Notes under the pieces: model-generated
Seen by the model: the letters and a program-made list of their open reading frames with translations, nothing else
What the model was told of the DNA's origin: nothing
The model's database searches: none
Shown here: positions 39,339 through 53,097 of the stretch, one piece after another
Layout: the number at the start of each line of letters is the position of its first letter
Position numbering within the stretch: the first letter of the stretch is position 1
Position numbers and translations under genes: made by a program
Source of the DNA: Dendrobates tinctorius
Lineage: Eukaryota
Reading direction: 5' to 3'
Assembly (NCBI RefSeq): GCF_039654945.1
Contig: NW_027361703.1
Location: 53,072,001 to 53,136,000, forward strand
DNA: 64,000 nucleotides

Positions 39339-39458
39339 CGATAGGTAGATAGATATAGAGATAGATAGAAAATAGATGATAGATAGATAGATAGATAGAT
39401 AGATATAGATAGAAAGATATAGAGATAGATAATAGATAGAGATAGATAATAGATAGAG

Positions 39459-39514
<56 letters not shown>

Positions 39515-40928
39515 TAGACATATATAGATATAGAGATAAATATATATAGATGGCTATAAATAAAATTAGATATAGAGATATATATAGAGATAGATATAGA
39601 GATAATAGATATAGAGATAGATATAGAGACAGATAGATATAGAAAGATGGATATAGAGATAGATATAGAGATAATAGCTAGATATAGAGATATGTATAGA
39701 GATAGATAGATATAGAGTTAGAAAGATAGATAGATATAGAGAGAGATANNNNNNNNNNNNNNNNNNNNNNNNNNNNNNNNNNNNNNNNNNNNNNNNNNNN
39801 NNNNNNNNNNNNNNNNNNNNNNNNNNNNNNNNNNNNNNNNNNNNNNNNNNNNNNNNNNNNNNNNNNNNNNNNNNNNNNNNNNNNNNNNNNNNNNNNNNNN
39901 NNNNNNNNNNNNNNNTGTTAGATAGAAAGATAGATACAGAGATAGATAGATATAGAGATAGATGGATATAGAGATAGATATGGATATAGAGATAACAGAT
40001 AGATATAGAGATAGATAGATAGATATAGAGATAATATATAGATAGCTATAGAGAGAGAGATATAGAGATAGATATAGAGAGAAACAGATATAGATATAGA
40101 GATAGATATAGCGATAGATAGATAGATAGATATAGAGATAATAGATAGATATAGAGATAGATAGATATAGATATAAAGATAGATAGAGATAGAGAGAGCG
40201 GTAGAGAGAGAGAGATAGATATAGAGATAGATAGGTACAGAGATCGATAAATAGATAGAGAGATAGATATAGATATAGATAATAGATAGAGATAGATAAA
40301 GATAGATAATAAATATAGAGATAACAGATAGATATAGAGATAGAGTAAGATAGAAAGATATAGAGATAGGTAGATATAGATAATAGAGATAGCTNNNNNN
40401 NNNNNNNNNNNNNNNNNNNNNNNNNNNNNNNNNNNNNNNNNNNNNNNNNNNNNNNNNNNNNNNNNNNNNNNNNNNNNNNNNNNNNNNNNNNNNNNNNNNN
40501 NNNNNNNNNNNNNNNNNNNNNNNNNNNNNNNNNNNNNNNNNNNNNNNNNNNNNNNNNNNNNNNNNGAGAGAGATGTAGAGAGAAATAGATATAGAGATAA
40601 TAGATATATATATAGAGATAGATAGATATAGAGAGAGATAGATACAGAGAAAAAGATATAGAGATAAATAGATAGAGAAAGATAGATAGATATATAGATA
40701 TAGAGATAGAAAGATAGATATAGAGATAGAGCGATAGATATACAGANNNNNNNNNNNNNNNNNNNNNNNNNNNNNNNNNNNNNNNNNNNNNNNNNNNNNN
40801 NNNNNNNNNNNNNNNNNNNNNNNNNNNNNNNNNNNNNNNNNNNNNNNNNNNNNNNNNNNNNNNNNNNNNNNNNNNNNNNNNNNNNNNNNNNNNNNNNNNN
40901 NNNNNNNNNNNNNNGAGAGATATAGATA

Positions 40929-42577
40929 CAGTCATATGTTAAAGTTTGGGCACCCCTATTAATGTTAACCTTTTTTCTTTATAACAATTTTGGTTTTTGC
41001 AACAGCTATTTCAGTTTCATATATCTAATAACTGGTGGACTCAGTTATATTTCTGGATTCAAATGAGGTTTATTGTACTAACAGAAAATGTGCAATCTGC
41101 ATTTAAACAAAATTTGACCGGTGCAAAAGTATGGGCACCCTTATCATTTTCTTGATTTGAACACTCCTAATTACTTTTTACTGACTTCCTGAAGCACTAA
41201 ATTGGTTTTGTAACCTCATTGAGCTTTGAACTTCATAGCCAGGTGTATCAAATCATGAGAAAAGGTATTTAAGGTGGCCACTTGCAAGCAGTTCTCCTAT
41301 TTGATTCTCCTATGAAGAGTGGCATCATGGGCTCCTCAAAATAACTCTCAAATGATCTGAAAACAAAGATTATTCAACATAGCTTTTCAGGAGAAGGATA
41401 CAAAAAGTTGTCTCAGAGATTTAACCTGTCAGTTTCCACTGTGAGGAACATAGTAAGGAAATGGAAGGATACAGGTGCAGTTCTTGTTAAGCCCAGAAGT
41501 GGCAGGCCAAGAAAAATATCAGAAAGGCAGAGAAGAAGAATGGTGAGAACAGTAAAGGACAATCCACAGACCACCTCCAAAGACCTGCAGCATCATCTTG
41601 CTGCAGATGGTGTCACTGTGCATCAGTCAACAATACAGCGCACTTTGCACAAGGAGAAGCTGTATGGGAGAGTGATGCGAAAGAAGCCGTTTCTGCAAGC
41701 ACGCCACAAACAGAGTCGCCTGAGGTATGCAAAAGCACATTTGGACAAGCCAGTTACATTTTGGAAGAAGGTCCTGTGGACTGATGAAACAAAGATTGAG
41801 TTGTTTGGTCATACAAAAAGGCGTTATGCATGGAGGCTAAAAAACACAGCATTCCAAGAAAAACACTTGCTACCCACAGTAAAATTTGGTGGAGGTTCCA
41901 TCATGCTTTGGGGCTGTGTGGCCAATGCCGGCACCGGGAATCTTGTTAAAGTTGAGGGTCGCATGGATTCAACTCAGTATCAGCAGATTCTTGACAATAA
42001 TGTGCAAGAATCAGTGACGAAGTTGAAGTTACGCAGGGGATGGATATTTCAGCAAGACAATGATCCAAAACACCGCTCCAAATCTACTCAGGCATTCATG
42101 CAGAGGAACAATTACAATGTTCTGGAATGGCCATCCCAGTCCCCAGACCTGAATATCATTGAACATCTGTGGGATGATTTGAAGCGGGCTGTCCATGCTC
42201 GGCGACCATCAAACTTAACTGAACTGGAATTGTTTTGTAAACAGGAATGGTCACAAATACCTACATCCAGGATCCAGGAACTAATTAATAGCTACAGGAA
42301 GCGACTAGAGGCTGTTATTGTTGCAAAAGGAGGATCTACGAAATATTAATGTCACTTTTAAGTTGAGGTGCCCATACTTTTGCACCGGTCAAATTTTGTT
42401 TAAATGCAGAATGCACATTTTCTGTTAGTACAATAAACCTCATTTGAATCCAGAAATATAACTGAGTCCATCAGTTATTAGATATATGAAACTGAAATAT
42501 CTGTTGCAAAAACCAAAATTGTTATAAAGAAAAAAGGTTAACATTAATAGGGGTGCCCAAAATTTTACATATGACTG
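40929..42577 (+). mobile_element. Tc1 element, DD34E, IR/DR type, full length
   Basis: ~210-bp TIRs starting CAGTCATATG; outer and inner repeats AAAGT(T/A)TGGGCACC; TA TSD. Confidence 0.95.
41327..42349 (+). pseudogene. Tc1 transposase (340 codons) with one premature stop at codon 6
   Basis: ATG GGC TCC TCA AAA TAA (stop at 41342-41344), then an open frame to 42349 with RSGRPRK, WTDETK, DNDPKH and SPDLNIIE. Confidence 0.93.
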
Positions 42578-43743
42578 TATAGAGATAGATAGATACAGAG
42601 AAAAGATATAGAGATAGATAACGGATAGATAGATAGATAGATAGGTATAGAGATAGATAGATATAGATATTAGATAGAGATATATATAGATAAAGATAGA
42701 TAGATATAGATGGTAGCTAGATAGATAATAAATATAGAGATAATAGATATAGAGATAGATAGAGTAAGATAGATAGATATAGAGATAGATAGATAGACAT
42801 AATAGATAGATATAGGGATATATATATAGAAAGATATAGAGATAGATAGATAGATATAGAGATAGATGTAGAGATAGAAAGATAGATATAAAGATAGAGC
42901 GATAGATAGAGATAGATATAGAAATAGATAGATATAGATAATAGAGATAGATATAGAGATAGATAGATATAGATAATAGATAGAGATAGAAAGATAGATA
43001 TAAGAGAGATAGAGAGAGATATAGAGATAGATAGAGAGAGAGAGACAGATAGAGAGAGCGAGAGAGATATAAAAAAAAAACAAAACACAATACTCACCTC
43101 TCCTCCTCGCTCCCACGCTGATCCCGGCTTCAGTGTCAGGAGCTGCCCCCTCTGCCAGACACACAGCGGGTGCGCGATGTAGTGACGTCATCGCGCACTG
43201 GCTGTGAGCCAGGAGCAGAGAGGACTGAGGGCGGCGCCGGCCCTGATTTACAGCTGTAGTCTGCAGAGCAGCTTACTGGGCTGGGGGCGGGGCCTCTGGG
43301 GGTGTGGAGACCTGAAATGATATTCACTGCTTCGCAGTGAATATTAATTTCTCTTTAGCAGCGGGGACAGGGGCTCCTGCCTCCTGACACCCACTGCTGC
43401 TCCGCTGGCAGGGGCCCCCATAGCAGCTGCATGGTGTGCGACACACCACTGGCTGGGGGCCCCTGGAGCAGCGGGGGCCCTAGGCAACTGCTGGCCCTGT
43501 ATGCCAGCAGGTGCCAGGGCCCACCAGATGCCAGGGCCCACCGGAGAATCCTCTGGTTCTCCGGTGGGCCAGTCCGACACTGTCTCTGAGTAGTTTTGTC
43601 GCCAGTCCTACTCTTCAGGTGCCTTCTTCATTCAACTGACCTGCAGAATGGACATGTTGAAATGGTGGACAACAGAACCAAGACTGCAGAAACACTTGCT
43701 TTACCTGTGGTGCTCCTTGACATAAGATGGCAAAAGGTGTATA

Positions 43744-44813
43744 TGTGGCACCCCAGGAGTCCGGTTGCCACAGTGGCACTGCCTCCCTCACAGGGCGTAA
43801 TGTCATGCCTGGAAGCAATGAGCGGTCCTCTGACCAGGTAGAACCAGTAGACAACACTTGCTCTAACTCCAGACCAAAAGGGGTGGAGCTTAAGGGAGTG
43901 ACAGTTGGTGCGAGGAGTTAGTGCTGATGTAAGGAGATTGTTCTGGAAGGAGTCAATCAGTCAGAGGGGAGTGAGAGAAGGATTGAGGGCTGACAGAGTC
44001 TGAGGAGAGTTGGGGAGGAAAGGAGAAATTTGGGGAATCTAGTGAGTGGAGCTGGGAGTAAGCTCACTCAAGAGCTAAGTTCTTGAAAGCGGATGCTGGA
44101 GTCCGTGGCTGCGTAGGTAAAGAGAGCCCGACAGCTAAATCAGGAGGGCAGAGGACTGCAGGCCTCCTGGCTCCATAAAACACTTGGCGGCACAGCAGCA
44201 TAAGAGAGCCCGGAGCAGCCACGAAGGAGCGACACCTGTAAAAAAAGGCTCAAGCTGCCTGCCATACGGGCAAGTGCTTAAAGAAAAGCAGGAATAGAGG
44301 CCCAAGCACAGCAAGGACCTCAGATGATAGCGCAGTAGGGAGGCCTCCATACCCATCTGGCTCAGTGGATCCTGAACTGATTCTAGGCTAACCAGATCTC
44401 CCTCACCATCTGTCATCCCCTGGTCTGCACCCTGGACTATCAAGTAAAGGTAAAAGGAAATTGCAACCCTGCTGTGTCCTCAGCATTATTACTGTGTCAT
44501 CTACTCTGCATTACAACTGTCATGACCATTTTAAATAAAACATGCAACTACCCTGGGGCCTAGCTCTACCCATGGAGAGCTGTAACATCTATACTGTGTC
44601 ACCAACTGCCCCAGTGGACCTGAACTGCAGCGTCGGCCATCTTCTCATTGCCGAGTACCACGGGTGGCATCACGAATTAATCCCCCATAATAACTATTCC
44701 CTTCATCATTTGATTGCTCGCCCAGGGCCACGGACCGACTGCTGCCGTGAAATCCCCTGGAGTAACAGAACCAGCCAGGTACCGAGTACCCCACGGCCCT
44801 GCGGGGTGCGGCA
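43744..44813. mobile_element. Solo LTR
   Basis: TGTGGCACCCC...GGGGTGCGGCA ends; 4-bp TSD TATA. Confidence 0.8.
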
Positions 44814-45284
44814 TATAAACGACAAATACTGGACGTACTACCCACATGTAACCATTGTACTCTAAGACCCATGTCATAAAAACAGATTCCTCACAGCGTG
44901 GGCTAGACATTTCCTCCTCCACTGCTGCAAAAATGATTCAGACTCGATATCTGACAGATGAAGGACAGATGAAGGGTGAGACCTCGACGCCTTATGTGAT
45001 AACCAAACCGTTGTGAGGTAGGGGTGACACAAGGGAGGTTAGGGTGGCTGATACCATACATGGAGGCCAGGGGACCAGCTGTCCATGCAAAAACAGCTCC
45101 CAGACCCTGAAAAGAGCCCAACACATTTGTCAGATCCCTACAGGAGAAACAAGTGACCTATAACTATACCTGGAGGGATTTAGAAGCTTTGACTAAAGCA
45201 AACATAGGAGACGTGATGGGGCACAAAATTGTAAGTTGTATGACAGCCAACAGCTGGACACTAGACAACATGGGGTATGATCAA

Positions 45285-45690
45285 ACGGGAGGGCTCTAAA
45301 CTGAAAATGTTTTGCCACACCTTCTAGTGACACTGCCACCCTAAGAAACTGCTGGTGATCTGCTTGTATCGGTATGTGGTAGTAAGTATCCTTTAGGTCC
45401 AACACTACCATGAAGAAACCTTTGAAGAGTAATTTTATTGCTGATTTCACAGATTCCATTTTAAAGGAATGCACCACCGAGAATTTATTCAGACCTCTCA
45501 AATTAATAATGGTTCGTTAAGAACCATCCGGTTTCTTAATCAGGAAGAGGGGAGAGTAAAACCCCTTTCCTCTCTCTGACACAGGAATCTCCAATAAGAC
45601 TGCTTTGTGACAAAGTTCCTGAACTTCCAACTCTAGAGCCTGTTGCTCTGCTAGTGAGGAGCGAGTGGGAGTTACCATGACCCTATCTTG
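45285..45690 (-). pseudogene. DIRS1-type retrotransposon reverse transcriptase fragment
   Basis: GFYSPLFLIKKPDGS*RTIINLRGLNK...FKMES...LDLKDTYYHIPI...FQFRALPF. The FKME and DLKD-Y-H-PI motifs are characteristic of DIRS1 RTs. Confidence 0.88.
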
Positions 45691-46427
45691 AGGAATCGCC
45701 CACATCATCTTACTGTGACATTCAATTGAAAGCTGTAAATGCTGTGCCAGACCCCGATACCTCATGAATGGCTGATTGCTGCAGTGCCATGCTAAAATCT
45801 GTACTGTGGGTGAATTGAGGCCACTTTCCTGGTGTCTGACCCTCATTTGATGTGTTTTGGCAGCATTTGGGACCATTAAACTGTGTTGTGCATGTGTTTA
45901 TTTTTGCCTCCCTTGGCGTGAACATCATTCGGTAATGTTCGGTGAATATTCAACTAAATAATCGGTGAATATTGCAAATTCAGCAAATGCAATCTGAAAT
46001 ATTCACTCATCTCTACTCAAAACCACATTCAAGAAGTTTATAATCCTTTAGGTGCTTCACAGGAATTTTTGGAATGTTGAAAAAAAAAGAACATTTAACT
46101 TTTCTTCATCGAAAATTTAATTCTTATCCAAATTTTTTCATTTTGACAAGGGTAACATAAAAAATAGACCCCAAAATTTGTTGTGTAATTTCTCCTGATC
46201 ATGACGAAACCTTATATGAAGGAGAAAACCACTGTTTGGGTGCACGGCTGAACTTGGAAGGGAAGGAGCGCCATTTGACTTTTTCAAACAAAAATTTGCT
46301 GGAATAATTGGCAGATGCCATGTGCATGTGAAGAGCCTCTGATGTGCCGAAACAGTGAAAATCGCCAACAAGTAACACCATTTTGGAAGCAAGACCTTTC
46401 AGTGAACTGATCTAGATGTGTGGTGAG

Positions 46428-49400
46428 TAGTGTTGAGCATTCCGATACCGCAAGTATCAGGTATCGGCCAATACTTGCTGTATCGGAATTCCGATACCGA
46501 CATCCGATATTTTTTCAATATCGGGCATCGGAATCGGAAGTTCAAAGTTGATTGACAGCTGAAATGACGTCATCATGATGCGCGGTGTGTGCGCATCATG
46601 ATGCGCCGTCATTTCGGGCCTTCCGGGGGTCTCTGCCGGCCTGCCGGGAGGCTGTGCCGGCCTGCCGGGGGGCTGTGTGGACTGCCCGGGGGGCTGTGTG
46701 GACTGCCCGGGGTCTGTACCGGCCTGCCGGGGGGCTGTGCCGGCCTGCCGGTGGTCTGTGCACCCTGTGGGGGTCTGTACCGGCCTGCTGGGGGGCTGTG
46801 CTGGCCTGCCGGTGGCCTGTGCACCCAGTGGGGGTCTGTACCGGCCTGCCGGGGGGCTGTGCTGATGTCCGGGGGTCTGTGCAGGCATCGTCCGATGGGA
46901 CTACAAGTCCCATCTGGCGATGCCTGCTACCATGACAGTGATTGACACATTAGCCAATGATGGGACAGTAGTAGTCCCATCATCCGGCTAATGTGTTAAA
47001 TGTTAAAAAAAAAAAAAAATACTACATACATACTACATACATACTACATGCATGCTACATACATACCACATATATACTACATGCATGCTACATACATACT
47101 ACATATATACTACATGCATGCTACATACATACTACATGCTACATACATAATACATACATACTACATACATACTACATGCATGCTACATACATACTACATG
47201 CTACATACATACCACATATATACTACATACATACTACATGCATGCTACATACTACATGCTACATACATACCACATATATATTACATACATACTACATGCA
47301 TGCTACATACATACTACATGCTACATACATACTACATACATACTACATATATACTACATGCATGCTACATACATACTACATGCTACATACATACTACATA
47401 CATACTACATGCATGCTACATACATACTACATATATACTACATGCATGCTACATACATACTACATACATACTACATGCATGCTACATGCATACTACATGC
47501 TACATACATACCACATATATACTACATACATACTACATACATGCTACATACATACTACATGCATGCTACATACAATACATTCATACAATACATACATAGA
47601 CATACAGTACATATAACATAGAGTAACATACTTACCAATACTTGTCACATTGTTCCCCGAAGCCATTGTCGTCTACAGAATAAATATTAACATAACAAAC
47701 CACAAAAATACTCACCCATGATCCGAAGCAGTCCACGAGTGTGTCCCACGATGATCTTGGGTAGAGAACTGCAGCATCAGCTGATGCTGCCGCTCTCTAC
47801 AGGCTGCAGGAATCTAATGACGGAAGGTAGGTATCCTTCCGCACTGTATTCCTCCGCCACTTAAAAAAAAAAATCCCTAGTCTCACTTTATGGTAAAAGC
47901 TGTGTGGGAATTTCCCACACAGCTTTTACCATAAAGTGAGACTAGGGATTTTTTTTTTTTAAGTGGCGGAGGAATACAGTGCGGAAGGATACCTACCTTC
48001 CGTCATTGGATTCCTGCAGCCCGTAGAGAGCTGCAGCAGCAGCTGATGCTGCAGTTCTCTACCCAAGATCGTCGTGGGACACACTCGTGGACTGCTTCGG
48101 ATCATGGGTGAGTATTTTTGTGGTTTGTTATGTTAATATTTATTCCGTAGACGACAATGGCTTCGGGGAACAATGTGACAAGTATTGGTAAGTATGTTAC
48201 TCTATGTTATATGTACTGTATGTCTATGTATGTATTGTATTGTATGTAGCATGCATGTAGTATGTATGTAGCATGTATGTAGTATGTATGTAGTATATAT
48301 GTGGTATGTATGTAGCATGTAGTATGTATGTAGCATGCATGTAGCATGCATGTAGTATGCATGTAGTATGTATGTAGTATGTATGTAGCATGCATGTAGT
48401 ATATATGTAGTATGTATGTAGCATGCATGTAGTATGTATGTAGTATGTATGTAGCATGTAGTATGTATGTAGCATGCATGTAGTATATATGTAGTATGTA
48501 TGTAGTATGTATGTAGCATGTATTATGTATGTAGCATGCATGTAGTATGTATGTAGTATATATGTGGTATGTATGTAGCATGTAGTATGTAGCATGCATG
48601 TAGTATGTATGTAGTATATATCTGGTATGTATGTAGCATGTAGTATGTATGTAGCATGCATGTAGTATGTATGTAGTATGTATGTAGTATGTATGTAGCA
48701 TGTAGTATGTATGTAGCATGCATGTAGTATATATGTAGTATGTATGTAGCATGCATGTAGTATGTATGTAGTATGTATGTAGCATGTAGTATGTATGTAG
48801 CATGCATGTAGTATATATGTAGTATGTATGTAGCATGTAGTATGTATGTAGCATGCATGTAGTATGTATGTAGTATGTATGTAGTATGTATGTAGCATGC
48901 ATGTAGTATATATGTAGTATGTATGTAGCATGCATGTAGTATGTATGTATGTAGCATGCATGTAGTATATATGTAGTATGTATGTAGTATGTATGTAGTA
49001 TGTATGTAGCATGCATGTAGTATATATGTAGTATATATGTGGTATGTATGTAGCATTTAGTATGTAGCATGCATGTAGTATGTATGTAGTATATATGTGG
49101 TATGTATGTAGCATGTAGTATGTATGTAGCATGCATGTAGTATGTATGTAGTATGTATGTAGCATGTAGTATGTATGTAGCATGCATGTAGTATATATGT
49201 AGTATGTATGTAGTATGTATGTAGTATGTATGTAGTCCCATCGGACGATGCCTGCACAGACCCCCGGACATCAGCACAGCCCCCCGGCAGGCTGGCACAG
49301 CCCCCCGGCAGGCCGGTACAGACCCCCACAGGGTGCACAGACCCCGGGCAGTCCGCACAGGCCACCGGCAGGCCGGCACAGACACCCGGCAGGCCGGCAG

Positions 49401-49601
49401 ATACCCCCGGAAGGCCCGTACAGACCCCCGAGAGGCTGTACAAGGGCAGGAAAGGGTTTTTCCAATTCCGATACCGGAAGTCTCATAGACTTGAATGGGA
49501 CTTCCGGTATCGGCATCGGCGATACCAATACTTTTTTTAAAGATCGGCCGATCCATTCCGATCCGATATTTTGAAGTATCAGACGGTATCGCTCAACTCT
49601 A
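46428..49601. mobile_element. hAT-ended foldback element, copy 2 (opposite orientation to copy 1)
   Basis: TIRs TAGTGTTGAGC / GCTCAACTCTA; perfect 8-bp TSD GTGGTGAG; palindrome centre at ~47911. Confidence 0.93.
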
Positions 49602-50589
49602 GTGGTGAGCACATTGAACACTCAGGTGCTTCCCCGAAGTTTATAATGTTGAGCCGCGAAAATAAAAAATATCTAATTTTCCCCACAAATATATTTTAGC
49701 CCCAAATGTTGCATTTTCTTAAGAGTAACAGGAGAAATTGCACCATAAAATTTGCAGTGCAATTTCTCCTGAGTACGTTGATACCCTACATGAGGGAGAA
49801 AGCTACTGTTTGGGCACACGGTAGGGTTCAGAATGAAAGGAGCATCATTTGACTTTTTAAATGTAAAATTTCCTGAAATAATTAGCGGACGTTACGTTCC
49901 ATTTGGAAAGCACATGATGTGCCTTAACAGTTTAAACCCCCAAAAGTGACCCCATTTTGGAAACTTGACCCCACAAGTAATGCATTTAGATGCACAGTGA
50001 GCACCTTGAACCCCCAGGTACTCCACAGAAGTTTATATTGCTGATCTTTGAAAATAATAAAATCTAATTTTCCTCACAAAAATATTATTTTAGCCCCAAA
50101 TTTTGCATTTGCATAAGGGTAACAAGATAAGTTGCACCATGTAATTTGTAACACAATTACTTCTGAGTATGCTGATACGCCATATATGGGCGAATACTAC
50201 TTTTGACGCACAGTGCGAAGCTCAAAAGAGAAGAAGCGTAATATCGGAGTTCAGATTTTGCTGGAATGGTTTGAAGGTGCCACAACACATTGGCAGAGCT
50301 CCTGAGGTGCCAAAACAACAGAAACCCCACCGTATGTGAAATCATTTTAAAATTTCCACTCCCCAATTAATTCATCTAGGAGTGTAGTGTTCATATTGAC
50401 ACCACATGTGCCTCACAGAATTTTATACCATTGAGCGGTGAAGACAGAATAAATTACATTTTTACCACTAAAATGTTGTTTTAGCCCCAAGTTTTTAATT
50501 TTTCTAAAAGATATTAGGAAATTGTTTTACAACAAACTGAGGTCAATTTTTTCCTGAGTGCGCCAATATCCTACATTTAATCGTGAAAT

Positions 50590-51650
50590 TGTCATGATCC
50601 AGGTTGGATATGACAGAGAAAATGCACAATTAACCTTTTTTTCTGTGAGCTGTTCAGGGTTGGTTTTGTCCCCGGTGGCCATTAAGGGTTATTACACAGT
50701 GGTGTCTTTTTCTTAGTTTCCCCCCAGTGGCCATTAGGGTCATTGCACTTTGGTTACTTTAGTTTTGTGCATGTAATTATAAAATAGGTGTGATTGCTCT
50801 ATAAAAGAGTGTCAGGTGTGGTAATCACTGTTGATGATAGTCCTCAGTTACAAGCAAGCCTGGGTGAAGGATGGAGCTGAAGGAGAGTCCCGGGCAGCTC
50901 AGTGAGAGTCCTGGAGTGGCAGCTATGGTGTCTGCGAGGAGGGCTGGCATGGCTTGGTGGAGTTGCAGCTATGGTGTCAGCAAGGCGTTCTTGCATGGCT
51001 TGGTGGAGTGGCAGCTGTGGTGTAGAGCTGCACTCATGATGCTGGACTCGGTTGCTGGAAAGCTGGACTCATATGCTGGACTCTGTTTCTGGACAGCTGC
51101 ATGCAGGTGGGGGACTCTGTTTGCTCCAAGGCTGCACTATGGTGTTGGATCTCTTCGGAGGAAAAGATGCATGCAGGTGGTGGGCTCTGTTGCTGGGAGC
51201 GTAAGCAACAGAGCAAAGCTAAGTGGTGTTTCCCTGTTTTGTCTCTTTTCCTTATGTGTGTTTTAGCACAGTGGTGGGATTAGTTTTCGCATTGTCCACT
51301 TCACTAGTGAGAGTTTAGGTGCAGGGCGAGTCAGGGTTTTTAGGTTCCTGATCGTCGCCCGGTGCGGAACCGGCCTAGGGAAGGTTAGGAGTGTAGAGAC
51401 ACTGACGCAGGGCCACCATTGTTATTGTTACCCAGGTTTTCCCTTTTATTGTTTAAATTCGCCTTACTGGAGGCGGGGTTTCCTGACATACAAGTGTTTC
51501 CGAAATTCGCCTGTTGGAGGCGGCGTATCCAGCTGCACGTTTTATTATTCCATAATTTCGCCCAACTGGAGGCGGTGTATCCAGGGTCACGTGTGTCATC
51601 TAAATCCGCCCTGCTGGATGCACTGTGTCCAGCCACGCATAACCATGACA
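50590..51650. mobile_element. Solo LTR
   Basis: TGTCATG...CATGACA ends; 5-bp TSD GAAAT; TATAAAA near 50800. Confidence 0.82.
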
Positions 51651-52025
51651 GAAATATTTTTCAGGCACAGTGCAAAGCTCAGAAGGCAATAAGCATCAGA
51701 TTTTATCGTTATGGTTTGCAGGTTCCATGACCCACTGGGAGAGTCCATGAGCTGCCAGAACAGAACTCCCCATAATTGACCCCATTTTACAAACTACACC
51801 TCTCAATGAATTCATCTATGGGTGCAGTTAACATATTAACATCACAGGTGTTTCACAGAATTTGGCAGTGAAGACAAAATAACTACAGTTTTTCCACCCA
51901 AATTTAGTTTTAGCCATAGATTTTACATTTTCACACAAGAAGTGGGTGAAAATGGGACCAAAATTTGTCCCATAATTTCTACTGAATGTGGCAATACCCC
52001 ATATTTGGCTGTACGGTACTACTTA

Positions 52026-52433
52026 AGGTACTGTCACACTTAACGATGCACCAGCGATCCCGACCAGCGATATGACGCATTCAGGATCGCTGGTGCATCG
52101 CTAAGTGGTCGCTAGTGAGCTGCCAAACAGGCAGATCTCACCAGCGACATAGCAGCGGTCGGGGGTTGTTACTTACCTGTCAGACGAGGCAATGAAGACG
52201 TCCTCCCACCCGCGGCCACGCGTCGCTCGTCACCACAGCAGGAAGCCCAGCAGGAAGCTGATGACGAGAAACGGTCCAGGAGATTCTCGCGCGATCAGCG
52301 ATAATCAGCGGGGGAGCCGGTTGGAGGTAAGTATCAGACATAGCGATATCGCTAGCAATATCACTGCTACGTCACAAAAAACAGTGACATTATAGCGATA
52401 TTGCTAGCGATATCACTTAGTGTGACAGGCCCT
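52026..52433. mobile_element. PIF/Harbinger-type MITE, family of the nested element at 28180-28471
   Basis: Ends AGGTACTGTCACACT / AGTGTGACAGGCCCT; TTA TSD; homologous to 28180-28471 in reverse orientation. Confidence 0.82.
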
Positions 52434-53097
52434 TTAGCCATACAGAGAGACTCGGGAGGAACGGAGTACTATTTGCCTCCTGGAGAGCAGATGTTCCTAG
52501 AATAGTTTGCAGACACCATATACAGAGCCCCTAATTGCTAGAAGAGCAGAATGCCCCCATCAAGTGACCCCATTTGGGAAATTATACCCCTTGGGCAATT
52601 CATCTACGGGTGTGATGATTTTGACTCAATGAGTATTTTCCAGAAACAAGCAGCCATCAATGTTGCAGAGTGAAAATTGCAAACTGCCATTGTAGTGACC
52701 AGTACGCTGTAGTGAACAGTATGTTGCAGTCAACAGTACGTTGCAGTCACCAGTACGTTATTCCCAGCTCGTAATTCTGAAAACATGCACTCGTAAGTTC
52801 AGTGGGCTATCATCGCTTCAGAAATACTAAACGTGGATGATACTGTATGTGTAGTTTAAGTACACTGTGGGGCTCAGAAGCGAGGGGGCATTTGGATTTA
52901 GGAGTGGAGAATTTCTTGAATTTCTTTTGGTGGGTGAGGAGCAATTTTGCTTTTCCAGAGCCTTTGTGCTACCAGTAACACAGAAGCCCCCTATATTTCC
53001 ATTAACAGAAGACAGACCTTAGTGAGGGCTTAATTTTTTTTGTGGATTGAGTTGATGCTTTTATTGGGAACATTTTACATAACATTTGGGATCGCAT

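Larger units (their letters stand above)
39121..43070. repeat. Degenerate (GATA)n/(GATATA)n microsatellite with an (AAT)n tract and three N-gaps, interrupted by a Tc1
   Basis: Directly visible. N runs at ~39749-39915, ~40394-40564 and ~40747-40914. Confidence 0.95.
37696..43582. mobile_element. hAT non-autonomous element inflated by tandem repeats and a nested Tc1
   Basis: TIRs CAGCGTCGGACTGG / CCAGTCCGACACTG; perfect 8-bp TSD TCTCTGAG (37688-37695 and 43583-43590). Confidence 0.9.

Noticed and set aside
39249-43191. Ser/Ile/Tyr/Leu-rich minus-strand ORFs
   Set aside because: GATA microsatellite and N-gaps.
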